A stretch of 40,483 nt of DNA from Actinomycetota bacterium (GTDB lineage: Bacteria; Actinomycetota; Acidimicrobiia; IMCC26256; BP-133), in contig JAUZEY010000019.1 in assembly GCA_030838785.1 (NCBI GenBank), positions 1 to 40,483 of the forward strand. The letters run 5' to 3'. Made by a program: the position numbers and the translations under genes. Of the stretch, positions 9,285-17,081 are shown in pieces. Position 1 is the first letter of the stretch. Each line of letters opens with the position of its first letter. The notes beneath the pieces are model-generated. The model was not told the origin of the DNA, made no database searches, and saw only the letters and a program-made list of their open reading frames with translations.

Positions 9285-9385
9285 AGCTCGCCTTCCTCTC
9301 CATTACTCAGGGGGGCGTGATGGTCGGGTTCACTTATCTCTTGATAAGCCCAGGACCACGGTAAGTGGCAAGGGGCTCTGGTTCC

Positions 9386-10651
9386 ATGCAGAAGAGCGAG
9401 AAAACACCCTCCGACGTTTGCGACGTTCCCACACCCGCGATGCAGGCCATCGCTCATCGCCTCGACGGCTTCGAGGAGGAGCTGGCGCGGCAGATGGTCG
9501 CTCTCTATCGCCGGGAGATCGTCGACTACCGGGCCGGCGACAGCGGGTTGTCGGCCGACGCCGCCGAGGTGGCCCTGGCCAACTTGAAAGCGCTATTGGC
9601 CAATCTGGAGCGGGGGGAGCCGGTCTCGAAGAGGCAACTGGAGGCGACCCGCATGGGTGCGGCGCGGCGTGTCCACCAGGGCGTGTCGCTGGAGTCGTTC
9701 CTCCATGCCGCCCGGCTGTGGGGCCAGTTCGCCTGGGAGACGCTGCGGGCCGCCGCCCGGCCCGACCATCCGGAGGAGCGCGACGCGGCGCTGGAGATCG
9801 CCGACCGGGTGATACACCACGTCGAGCTGCTCTCCACCGTCGGCGCCCACGCCTACCTCCGGGAGGCGCAGGGCCTTTCCGGCGACGGGCGCGTGCTGCA
9901 ACGGGACCTGCTCGAGACGCTCCTGGGCGGGGAGCGGGACTCCCACCTGGCCCGCCGCCAGGCCGGCTCGCTCGGCCTCCGGCTGGCCGAGAACTACGTC
10001 GTCATCCTGATCCGGCCCCACGAGCTACCGGTGGCCGAGCGGGCGACGATCGGTTGGACCCTCGAGACCGCTCGAACCCATCTTCGCCCGTCCGGTGGTG
10101 GCCTGCTGGTCGGGGCCCGCGACGACGAGGTGGTGGCGTTGTACCCGGTGTCGGAGCCGGCGCAGGTCCACGCGGCCAAGAAGGACGCCGGTTCACTGGC
10201 CGGCGCCGTGACCTCGCGCGGTTGGAGTGTCGGGCTGAGCGGGTGGCACGCCGGGCTGGCCGGCATCGCCCTCGCCTATACGGAGGCGAGGGAGGCGGCG
10301 CAGTTGGCGGCCGGGATGGGAGCCAGCGACCGGGCGGTGGCCCTCGACGAGGTGCTCATCGACCAGATCGCCCGCTTCGCCCCCCACGTCGGCCGGATCC
10401 TCGACGAGACGCTCGAGCCACTGCTCCAGTACGACGTCGCCCACCATTCCGCGCTGGTGCCGACGGTGCGGGCCTACGTCGAGGCGGGATTCAACCTCAC
10501 CCGGAGCGCCGAGGTCCTGCACGTCCACCCCAACACCGTCATGTACCGGCTGCGGCGCGTCAAAGAGCTCAGCGGACGGGATCCCCACGACCCCGACGAC
10601 CTGCTGATCCTGTTCCTCGCCCTGAAGCTGGCCGACGTGAGCCCGCCCTGA
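9386..10651 (+). CDS. PucR/CdaR-family transcriptional regulator
   Basis: C-terminal PucR HTH NLTRSAEVLHVHPNTVMYRLRRVKELSG. ATG 9386; an alternative GTG lies at 9365. Confidence 0.85.
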   Translation: MQKSEKTPSDVCDVPTPAMQAIAHRLDGFEEELARQMVALYRREIVDYRAGDSGLSADAAEVALANLKALLANLERGEPVSKRQLEATRMGAARRVHQGVSLESFLHAARLWGQFAWETLRAAARPDHPEERDAALEIADRVIHHVELLSTVGAHAYLREAQGLSGDGRVLQRDLLETLLGGERDSHLARRQAGSLGLRLAENYVVILIRPHELPVAERATIGWTLETARTHLRPSGGGLLVGARDDEVVALYPVSEPAQVHAAKKDAGSLAGAVTSRGWSVGLSGWHAGLAGIALAYTEAREAAQLAAGMGASDRAVALDEVLIDQIARFAPHVGRILDETLEPLLQYDVAHHSALVPTVRAYVEAGFNLTRSAEVLHVHPNTVMYRLRRVKELSGRDPHDPDDLLILFLALKLADVSPP

Positions 10652-10772
10652 CCCGGGGCTTCACCTGCCTACCCCGACGGAAACCAGGTGAGGACTGTCC
10701 CCGGGGACAGGCCGCCGGGACCCCGGTCGGACGGATCATGGAACCGACAACCTGTGAGAAAAGGAGCAGCGC

Positions 10773-11057
10773 ATGATGCCTCATCGAACGCGTTTGGCAC
10801 TAGTGCTCGGCGTCATGGTGGCCGCCATTTGCCTCCCGATGGAAAGCGCAGGCGCCAGCCTGGCGAACGGCCCGTGTGCCACCGGCGACAGCGGCGGGGA
10901 TGTCGGTGGAACCAATAACAGCGTCTGTCAGGGCAGCGGCCTCTCGTTCATCGCCCCCAGCGTGGGCCAGGTCGCCACGGTGATAGGGCCCACGGTGATC
11001 GGCCCCGCCACCATCGGCAACGCCATCTCGTCAGCGGGGGACGTCGTCGTTCCTTGA
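10773..11057 (+). CDS. Small secreted hydrophobic protein (Cys pair, VIGPTVIGP motif), paralog 1
   Basis: SD AAAGGAG before the ATG. Signal peptide MMPHRTRLALVLGVMVAAICLPMESAGA. Mature part has 2 Cys and ...VATVIGPTVIGPATIGN. Confidence 0.55.
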   Translation: MMPHRTRLALVLGVMVAAICLPMESAGASLANGPCATGDSGGDVGGTNNSVCQGSGLSFIAPSVGQVATVIGPTVIGPATIGNAISSAGDVVVP

Positions 11058-11093
11058 CGCTGGACGACCGAGCGGGAGAAAGGGCACACCACG

Positions 11094-11450
11094 ATGTTCA
11101 GCCGAAAGACCCTGGCCAGCGTCGCCGCCGGCAGCCTGTTCGCCATCGGTGCCACAGGGGCCGGAGCGAGCGCGGCGACCAGAACGAGCACGACGTCGGA
11201 CGGGTGTCCGCCGGCCGCGGCGAGCGGCGCGACGTTCGTGCCCCCCAAGGTGGGGCCGATCAGCGTGGTGATCGGCCCGACGATCATCGACGGAAAGGTC
11301 ATCGACCCCGGGATGAATGTCACCACCCCGGGGGTGACCGCCGACCCGTGCCCGGCCGCCCCGACCGAGGGGTGCTCTCCATGTCCTGGCTGGTCAGGTG
11401 CAACTGGCCAATCGGACGTTGGAGGAGGTGGTCGCCGGATGCGAGGGTGA
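11094..11450 (+). CDS. Small secreted protein ([13 protein letters not shown] motif), paralog 2
   Basis: Signal peptide [27 protein letters not shown]. Shares the GP-I/V-rich motif with its neighbour. The C-terminal ~25 codons have poor GC3, so the end is uncertain. Confidence 0.5.
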   Translation: MFSRKTLASVAAGSLFAIGATGAGASAATRTSTTSDGCPPAAASGATFVPPKVGPISVVIGPTIIDGKVIDPGMNVTTPGVTADPCPAAPTEGCSPCPGWSGATGQSDVGGGGRRMRG

Positions 11451-11544
11451 GAACACAACGGCGGGGAGCGCTTACAAAAGCGTCCACAGAGCAATCGTCC
11501 CGTGGCAGCCCCGGCCGCCGGACTTCAAGGAGGTTCAACGTCAC

Positions 11545-11841
11545 ATGTCGAGACTTCACCGTTTTCTCTGCATCGGAGCTGTCGGCCTGTTCGCCGCTGC
11601 GGTCCCGATCACCGCGGCGAGCGCCGCGACGCCGGCCCCCGGCCCGGGCGGGCCGGGTTCCCCGATCGGCGTCACGACCCCGATCGGCTCCATCGCCCTC
11701 GACCCGGGGGGCGATCTCTCCTGCATGCCGTTCGAGTACAGCCTCGGGCCCTTCGGCCCCCTCGGCCCCTGGGGCCCGTACGGCCCTCTGCACGACAAGG
11801 ACCACCCGGCCTGCTTCGGCGGCGGCCCCAAGTTCAAGTAA
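11545..11841 (+). CDS. Small secreted Pro/Gly-rich protein (Cys pair), paralog 3
   Basis: ATG 11545 preceded by AAGGAGG (11527-11533). Signal peptide MSRLHRFLCIGAVGLFAAAVPITAASA. Mature part contains ...GPFGPLGPWGPYGPL... and 2 Cys. Confidence 0.55.
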   Translation: MSRLHRFLCIGAVGLFAAAVPITAASAATPAPGPGGPGSPIGVTTPIGSIALDPGGDLSCMPFEYSLGPFGPLGPWGPYGPLHDKDHPACFGGGPKFK

Positions 11842-11862
11842 CGCTGCACGGTGGAAAATGCC

Positions 11863-11906
11863 CGCGACGACGCGCGGCGGGGAGAAACCCGCGGCGCGTC
11901 GTCGCG
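11863..11906 (+). terminator. GC-rich hairpin (about 18 bp stem, 1 mismatch, loop GAGAAA) after the small secreted genes
   Basis: Positions 11863-11881 pair with 11888-11906. There is no U-tract, which is common for actinobacterial terminators. Confidence 0.5.
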
Positions 11907-11911
11907 CGGCG

Positions 11912-11958
11912 CAACTACCAACTCGCGTGATGCGCGTCGGGACGACGCCGATCAGGCT
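11912..11958 (+). promoter_or_regulatory. Recurrent box, copy 3 + CAGGCT hexamer (gvp operon promoter candidate)
   Basis: CAACTACCAACTCGCGTGATGCG at 11912-11934 and CAGGCT at 11953-11958. gvpA ATG at 12004 with SD GAAGGAGG. Confidence 0.55.
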
Positions 11959-12003
11959 TGAGAGCGGACGGGCGACCCGGCTACTCCGAAGGAGGTACCG
12001 GCG

Positions 12004-12357
12004 ATGGTCATGGCCACTTCCAGCCAGGGACCCTCGGGAGGCACCCTCACCGAGGTCCTCCAGCTGATCCTCGACCGGGGCGTCGTCATCGACGCCTTCG
12101 TCCGGATATCGCTCGTCGGCATCGAAGTGCTGACGATCGACGCCCGGATCGTCGTGGCCAGCATCGACACCTATCTCCGCTATGCGGAGGCGGTGGGCAG
12201 GATCAACCTCGACACTTCCAAGGCCGGTGTTCCCGAGCTCCTCAAGGCCAGCCAGAACGCATCGGCGATCGGTTCGGCCGTGGAGACGCTCGGCTCCCAG
12301 CTCGGCGGTCTCCTCAGCCAGTCCGTGCTGCGCGGGCCGAAGGAGGGAGAGCGATGA
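12004..12357 (+). CDS. gvpA: Gas vesicle structural protein GvpA
   Basis: [51 protein letters not shown] is the GvpA signature, followed by an actinobacterial-type C-terminal extension. Confidence 0.92.
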   Translation: MVMATSSQGPSGGTLTEVLQLILDRGVVIDAFVRISLVGIEVLTIDARIVVASIDTYLRYAEAVGRINLDTSKAGVPELLKASQNASAIGSAVETLGSQLGGLLSQSVLRGPKEGER

Positions 12358-13172
12358 CTGATTCCTCGCAGACGTCCACCGCCGGCACGGCGTCGCTGCC
12401 GGCCACGAGCCTCTACGTCTACGGGGTGATCCCCGCCGGCGAGACCGGCCGATGGCGGGGCGTGGCCTACATCGGCGGCTCCCTCGGGGAGGTACGGGCC
12501 ATCGAGGCCGGCAACCTGGCCGCCCTGGTCAGCGGCCTACCGCCCGACCGCACCCCCGGCCGGCGGGAGGATCTCGACGCCCACCGGCATGTGCTGGCGC
12601 TGGCGGTCGAGCGCGGCACGGTGGTCCCGCTGCGGTTCGGCATGGTGATGGACGGTGAGGACGTCGTGCGCCGGCGGCTCCTCGACCGGCACCGCCCGGA
12701 GCTCACCGAGCTCCTGCGCAGGGTCGACGGCCGGGTGCAGATGTCCGTGCGGGCCCTCTACGCGGAGGACGCGTTGCTACGCGGTGCCATCGACAGTGAC
12801 CCTGAGATCGCACGCCTCTCGGCCGCGGTTCAGGGGCGCTCGGAGATCGAGTCCCGGCCCGAGCGGATCGCGCTCGGCGAGCGGGTGGCGGCCGCGGTGG
12901 AGGCGCGTCGTCGGCAGGACGAGCAGGTGCTGCTCGATGTGTTGCAGCCGCTGGTGAGCGATCTGCGCGTCGAACCCGGTGAGAGCGAGCGCGTCGCGTT
13001 CAATGCCCAGCTGCTCATCCGCCGCGACCGCCGCGCCGCGCTCGACGAGGCGGTGGGGGAACTCGGGCGGGCGTTGCAGGGCTATCTCGCCCTCCGCTAC
13101 GTCGGCCCGCTGCCGCCGTACTCCTTCTCGCAGCTGGCGCTCGAAGCAGAAGACGAGCGATGGGACTCCTGA
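12354..13172 (+). CDS. gvpF: Gas vesicle protein GvpF/GvpL family (first copy)
   Basis: ATGA start/stop overlap with gvp[11 protein letters not shown]...[14 protein letters not shown]...[20 protein letters not shown] is typical of GvpF/L. Confidence 0.9.
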   Translation: MTDSSQTSTAGTASLPATSLYVYGVIPAGETGRWRGVAYIGGSLGEVRAIEAGNLAALVSGLPPDRTPGRREDLDAHRHVLALAVERGTVVPLRFGMVMDGEDVVRRRLLDRHRPELTELLRRVDGRVQMSVRALYAEDALLRGAIDSDPEIARLSAAVQGRSEIESRPERIALGERVAAAVEARRRQDEQVLLDVLQPLVSDLRVEPGESERVAFNAQLLIRRDRRAALDEAVGELGRALQGYLALRYVGPLPPYSFSQLALEAEDERWDS

Positions 13173-13405
13173 AAGGGGTCGTCTCGTTGCCGTTGGCGCC
13201 GCTGAGCGGTCTCCGCTGGCTGGCCGAGGTGCTGGCCGAAGAGGCCGAGCGGGGGCGCGCCGCGGAGCAGTCGCCGGAGCGGGCCCTCGCCGAACTCGCC
13301 GCCAGGCGGGCGAACGGCGAGATCAGCGACGGGGACGCCGACGCGCTGGAGTACCAGCTCGTGGAGGAGCTGCTCTCCCGGCGCAGCCCGGCGGCGGGGG
13401 CCTGA
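13160..13405 (+). CDS. gvpG: Gas vesicle protein GvpG
   Basis: [30 protein letters not shown]... is a GvpG-type N-terminus. 81 aa; overlaps the gvpF end by 13 nt. Confidence 0.8.
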   Translation: MGLLKGVVSLPLAPLSGLRWLAEVLAEEAERGRAAEQSPERALAELAARRANGEISDGDADALEYQLVEELLSRRSPAAGA

Positions 13406-13701
13406 TGGGGACCTCGACACCGGCGACGTCCACGTCCGGCGACAGCCTCGCCGACATCCTCGAGCGCGTGCTGGACAAAGGGGTCGTCATCGCCGGTGAC
13501 ATCCAGATCAACCTGCTCGACATCGAGCTCCTGACCATCAAGCTGCGCCTGATCGTCGCCTCGATCGACAAGGCCAAGGAGATCGGGATCGACTGGTGGG
13601 AGACGGACCCGGCGCTCAACCGGGCCTCGGGGGAACTGGCGGCCGAAAACCGGAACCTGCGCCAGCGCCTGCACCACCTCGAGAGCGGGCGCAGTGACTG
13701 A
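13405..13701 (+). CDS. gvpJ: Gas vesicle protein GvpJ (GvpA/J family)
   Basis: The ATG shares its A with the TGA stop of gvpG (TGATG, 1-nt overlap). SLADILERVLDKGVVIAGDIQINLLDIELLTIKLRLIVASIDKAKEIGIDWWE. Confidence 0.9.
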   Translation: MGTSTPATSTSGDSLADILERVLDKGVVIAGDIQINLLDIELLTIKLRLIVASIDKAKEIGIDWWETDPALNRASGELAAENRNLRQRLHHLESGRSD

Positions 13702-14458
13702 TGGGCTCGGACTGTGGGTCTACGGCGTGGTGGAAGGCGACGCCGCCGGGCCGACGACGCGCCCGGGGGTCGATCCCGACCACGACGTCGAACTGATCCG
13801 GCACGCCGGGCTGGCCGTCGTCGTCAGCCCGGTCCCGCTGGACGCGTTCGGGGAGCACTCGCTGCCCGAGGCGCTCGAGGACCTGGAACGGCTCGAGACG
13901 CTCGCCCGGGTGCACAACGGCGTGCTCCAGGAGGCGCTGGAACACGGTCCGGTGGTGCCGTTCCGCATCTGCACCATCTTCGGCAGTGTGGCCGGGGTGA
14001 AAGACATGCTGGTCCGTCAGCGCGCCCATCTGACCGCTGTGCTCCAGCATCTGCACGGCAGGGCGGAGTGGGGGGTCAAGGCCTACGTCGTCGGCGGCCC
14101 GGGCGACACCGCGGCCGCCTCGCCGGCGTCGGGGACCGAATACCTGCGCCGCCGGCGCGCCGAGCGCGCCGGGGCGGCGACCGCCCAACGGACGATGGAT
14201 GCGGCTCTCGTACGGCTGCACGGGCGGTTGCGCGAGCGGGCGGCCGACGCGGTGCTCAACCCGCCGCCGCCGACGGAGTTGTCGGGCCGCGCTGGTGCGA
14301 TGGTGCTCAACGCCGCCTACCTCGTCGCCGACGGGGATGCGGACGGCTTCCGCGCCCTGGTCGCCGACCTCGCCGGCCGCCACCGGGCCGACGGCGTGGA
14401 GCTCGAGCTCACCGGTCCCTGGCCCGCGTACCACTTCAGCGAGGCGATGGCGGGATGA
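13694..14458 (+). CDS. gvpL: Gas vesicle protein GvpL/GvpF family (second copy)
   Basis: GTG 13694 overlaps the gvpJ stop. LWVYGVVEG...ELIRHAGLAVVVSPVPL...ARVHNGVLQEALEHGPVVPFRICT. Confidence 0.88.
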   Translation: MTDGLGLWVYGVVEGDAAGPTTRPGVDPDHDVELIRHAGLAVVVSPVPLDAFGEHSLPEALEDLERLETLARVHNGVLQEALEHGPVVPFRICTIFGSVAGVKDMLVRQRAHLTAVLQHLHGRAEWGVKAYVVGGPGDTAAASPASGTEYLRRRRAERAGAATAQRTMDAALVRLHGRLRERAADAVLNPPPPTELSGRAGAMVLNAAYLVADGDADGFRALVADLAGRHRADGVELELTGPWPAYHFSEAMAG

Positions 14459-14961
14459 GCACCAGGCACGAGCACCTGGCCCTGCAGCGCGACGTGGCAC
14501 TCGTCGATATCGTCGACCAGCTGCTCGCCGTCGGCGTCGTGCTCAGCGGTGACATCACGCTCTCACTGGCGGACGTGGATCTCCTGTACCTCCAGCTGAA
14601 GGTCCTGATCACCCCGGCGCCAGGGATGGACCTCCCACCCGTACCCGGAGAATGCGGGCCCGTGCCCGTCCGACGCGCCCCCACGCTGCTCACGACGCCG
14701 GGGCCCATCCCTGCCGAACCGGACAACGTCGGGCGCGGCCTCGTCCAGCTCGTCCTGACCATCGTCGAGCTCCTGCGCCAGTTGATGGAGCGCCAAGCGC
14801 TGCGCCGGGTCGAGGCCGGGGGTCTCGACGACGGGACGGTCGAGCGACTCGGTTCGACGCTCATGGCGCTGGCGGACCGTATGGAGCAGCTCAAGGCCAC
14901 GTTCGGGCTGCGCGACGAGGACATCAACCTGAACCTCGGTCCGCTGGGCCGGCTGCTGTAA
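14455..14961 (+). CDS. gvpK: GvpS-like (GvpA/J-fold) N-terminus fused in frame to GvpK
   Basis: ATGA overlap with gvpL. Residues ~10-60, LVDIVDQLLAVGVVLSGDITLSLADVDLLYLQLKVLI, are GvpS-like. Then a Pro-rich linker, then the GvpK signature LVQLVLTIVELLRQLMERQALRRVEAGGL...INLNLGPLGRLL. No stop codon separates them. An in-frame GTG at 14662 behind GGAG could give a separate GvpK. Confidence 0.85.
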   Translation: MSTRHEHLALQRDVALVDIVDQLLAVGVVLSGDITLSLADVDLLYLQLKVLITPAPGMDLPPVPGECGPVPVRRAPTLLTTPGPIPAEPDNVGRGLVQLVLTIVELLRQLMERQALRRVEAGGLDDGTVERLGSTLMALADRMEQLKATFGLRDEDINLNLGPLGRLL

Positions 14962-14988
14962 GCCGGCTGCTGCTGTAAGCACAGCGCG

Positions 14989-15020
14989 GAACGCCCCGCC
15001 CGTATCCGGGCGGGGCGTTC
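14989..15020. terminator. Perfect 14-bp stem / 4-nt loop hairpin between convergent genes (bidirectional terminator)
   Basis: GAACGCCCCGCCCG-TATC-CGGGCGGGGCGTTC. Confidence 0.7.
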
Positions 15021-15042
15021 ACTGCTCTGCGCCGACAGAGAG

Positions 15043-15249
15043 CTATTTCGAGTTCGACGTTCCCTGGTTCCCTCGCAGCTGGCGAACGTTGTCGGCCAGT
15101 TCCTGCTCGAGTTCACCGAGCTTGTCCACCTGCTCACCGGTCCATTCCGTGCCGGTGCCCACACCGTCGATGAGGCCTGCCAAGCCCTGGATCACCATCT
15201 CCGGACCCATGTTGACGAGGTTTTCGACGTTACCAAGAAGATCGGCCAT
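15043..15249 (-). CDS. 68-aa acidic hypothetical protein
   Basis: Strong SD AAGGAGG 6 nt before ATG 15249. Box copy 4 upstream. MADLLGNVENLVNMGPEMVIQGLAGLIDGVGTGTEWTGEQVDKLGELEQELADNVRQLRG. No family recognised. Confidence 0.55.
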   Translation of the reverse strand: MADLLGNVENLVNMGPEMVIQGLAGLIDGVGTGTEWTGEQVDKLGELEQELADNVRQLRGNQGTSNSK

Positions 15250-15287
15250 GGCGGCCCTCCTTAACGGCTTGCCTGTGGATACACACC

Positions 15288-15334
15288 AGTGTGATCCGCG
15301 GTCGGCCGTACCGCATCACGCGATCGAGTAGTTC
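15288..15334 (-). promoter_or_regulatory. Recurrent box, copy 4 + CACACT hexamer (minus strand)
   Basis: Minus strand GAACTACTCGATCGCGTGATGCG at 15334-15312 and CACACT at 15293-15288. The box overlaps the last codons (N Y S I A stop) of the upstream hydrolase gene. Confidence 0.55.
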
Positions 15335-16254
15335 CGGCGGATCGTCTGCTCGATGACACGGGCGATCCGGCGGGGGCCGGGGCCGGCGCCGAAGACCATC
15401 GTGTAGTGGTTGGTGTTGTCGATCTCCTCGATGCGGGCGTCGGGATGGGCGGCGACGAAGGCGTCGACGACCGGTTCCGGGAGCATGGGGTCGTCGTCGA
15501 AGAGGCCCCGGGGGGCCCGCACGAGATCGAGCGGGGCGCGCACCCGGTCGACGGCCCTCTGGGTGCCCTCGTCGTAGATCATGTCGGTGCAGTCGGCCTC
15601 GACCGCCGCCTCGGACACGACGCACCGCATGTCGCCCGGCCGGCCCGCCACGTCGTAACGGGCGTACGCCTCCACGTCATCGTTCCACTCCTGGAGCAAC
15701 GCCGGGTGCTCCCGCCACAGATCGACGTACTCGTCGATCGACTCGAAGGTCATCCGGAGGCGGGCGACCGAGTGCTCCACCACCTGGGCGAGCAACTCGG
15801 CCGGATCCTGGTCGGCCGGCATGGGGATGTACGGGCCGGCGTCGAGCATGACGAGCGCCGCGACCCGTTCCGGCTGTTCGGCGGCCAGGCGCGCCGCCAC
15901 GTAGGCGCCCATCGAGTGCCCGACGAGGACAGCGCGCTCTACGCCGGCATCGTCGAGCACCGCCAGCAGGTCGGCGACGTGGGCGGCAATGCCGTACGGG
16001 CCGGGCAGGCCCGAGCTCTGTCCCCGTCCCCGGAGGTCGGGCGCCAGCAGGCAGACGCCGGGTACGGTGCCGAGCTCCCGGGCCACCGTCCGGAAGGCCA
16101 TGTGCGAGGACGTGATGCCGTGCACGGCGAGGACGACGGCGTCGGCCAGTCCCGGCGGCGTGCCGGCCCGGGCGACGCGCAGGACGCCGCCGGGGACGCT
16201 CACCTCGCGCAGGGGATGGAACGGCTCGCTCAAAGATTGTGCGGTGGTGATCAT
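15316..16254 (-). CDS. Alpha/beta-fold hydrolase
   Basis: Only the C-terminal 312 aa of the 788-aa track ORF look real: VVLAVHGITSSHMAF, GHSMGAYVAARLA, NHYTMV. ATGA overlap with the upstream gene. Confidence 0.85.
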   Translation of the reverse strand: MITTAQSLSEPFHPLREVSVPGGVLRVARAGTPPGLADAVVLAVHGITSSHMAFRTVARELGTVPGVCLLAPDLRGRGQSSGLPGPYGIAAHVADLLAVLDDAGVERAVLVGHSMGAYVAARLAAEQPERVAALVMLDAGPYIPMPADQDPAELLAQVVEHSVARLRMTFESIDEYVDLWREHPALLQEWNDDVEAYARYDVAGRPGDMRCVVSEAAVEADCTDMIYDEGTQRAVDRVRAPLDLVRAPRGLFDDDPMLPEPVVDAFVAAHPDARIEEIDNTNHYTMVFGAGPGPRRIARVIEQTIRRNYSIA

Positions 16255-17081
16255 CGTGCGCCCTCGGTCAGGGTGCGGCGCAGCACCCAGGCCGCCACCT
16301 CGTGGATCGGCAGTTCGAACTCCTCTTCCGCCCGCGTCCCGATGATCTCGTCGTGGAAGTCGGCCGCCAGGCTCGTGGCCCACTGCTGCAGGTCGTCGCT
16401 GCCCGCCGCGCCGAGGGCGTGGGCGAGCACGGCCCGGGCCAGGGAATGGGTGTCGTCGTCGACGCCGGGCAGGGGCGACAGCACCGAACGGCGCAGCACG
16501 GCCGCCCGCCGCGCCCCGTCGCCCCGCCGCCAGCCGAAGTAGGTCGACTCGGAGCCGCTGGTGAGGTTGAACACCTCGTTTCGCCAGTCGGTGTAGTCCA
16601 TGTCGGGGGCGAGATCGGCCAGCGACACCGCCCGGGCCTGGCCCCGCTCCCGCCGGGCGGCAACGGCGATGTCGCCGGCCTCCAGGCTGTCGACCACGGT
16701 CACCCGCACGCCGGTCCCCACCCGCCTGGACACTGCCGCCGCGGCCAGGGCGCGGAGCGCGTGAATGGCCGCAGGGTCCCAGCCGCGCTCGGCGGCGACG
16801 ATTACGACGGCGGCGTCCGGCGCGAGCAGCGGCGAGACGCGGACCACCGTGTCGATCCGGTGCGCGAGAGACCCGGCGCCGACCGGCTGGGCTCCCGCCG
16901 GCGATGGTGACGCCGTGGTCGGGGCCAGCTGGACGTAGCAGTCCACCGATCGGGGGGGCAGCGAGTCGGCTGCGCCGGGCGTCGGGCCTTCCCACGCCAG
17001 TGTGTCGAAACCTTCGCTCTTGAGCGCCACCGCCACAGCCTGGATGTGGTCGATGGCCCCCGTCACGAGCGCGGTGTTCAA
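16251..17081 (-). CDS. Hypothetical protein (degenerate Rossmann-like N-terminus, unknown C-terminal domain)
   Basis: TTG start at 17081 behind AGGAGG, overlapping the stop of the small secreted gene (TTGA). High GC3. MNTALVTGAIDHIQ... lacks the SDR glycine motif. Confidence 0.6.
   Translation of the reverse strand: MNTALVTGAIDHIQAVAVALKSEGFDTLAWEGPTPGAADSLPPRSVDCYVQLAPTTASPSPAGAQPVGAGSLAHRIDTVVRVSPLLAPDAAVVIVAAERGWDPAAIHALRALAAAAVSRRVGTGVRVTVVDSLEAGDIAVAARRERGQARAVSLADLAPDMDYTDWRNEVFNLTSGSESTYFGWRRGDGARRAAVLRRSVLSPLPGVDDDTHSLARAVLAHALGAAGSDDLQQWATSLAADFHDEIIGTRAEEEFELPIHEVAAWVLRRTLTEGAR

Noticed and set aside
10693-10708. Palindrome CTGTCCCCGGGGACAG downstream of the PucR gene as a terminator
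   Set aside because: At best it forms a 6-bp stem with a 4-nt loop and has no U-tract, which is too weak to call. It could equally be a protein-binding site, so it is left unannotated.
9004-10776. 590-aa plus-strand ORF (and 8118..9320, 400 aa)
   Set aside because: These are out-of-frame or antisense shadows of the PucR and esterase genes. They have no motifs and an extreme Arg/Gly/Pro content.
10928-11494. 188-aa minus-strand ORF over the small secreted genes
   Set aside because: It is the mirror frame of two plus-strand ORFs that have SDs and signal peptides. It has no start signal of its own.
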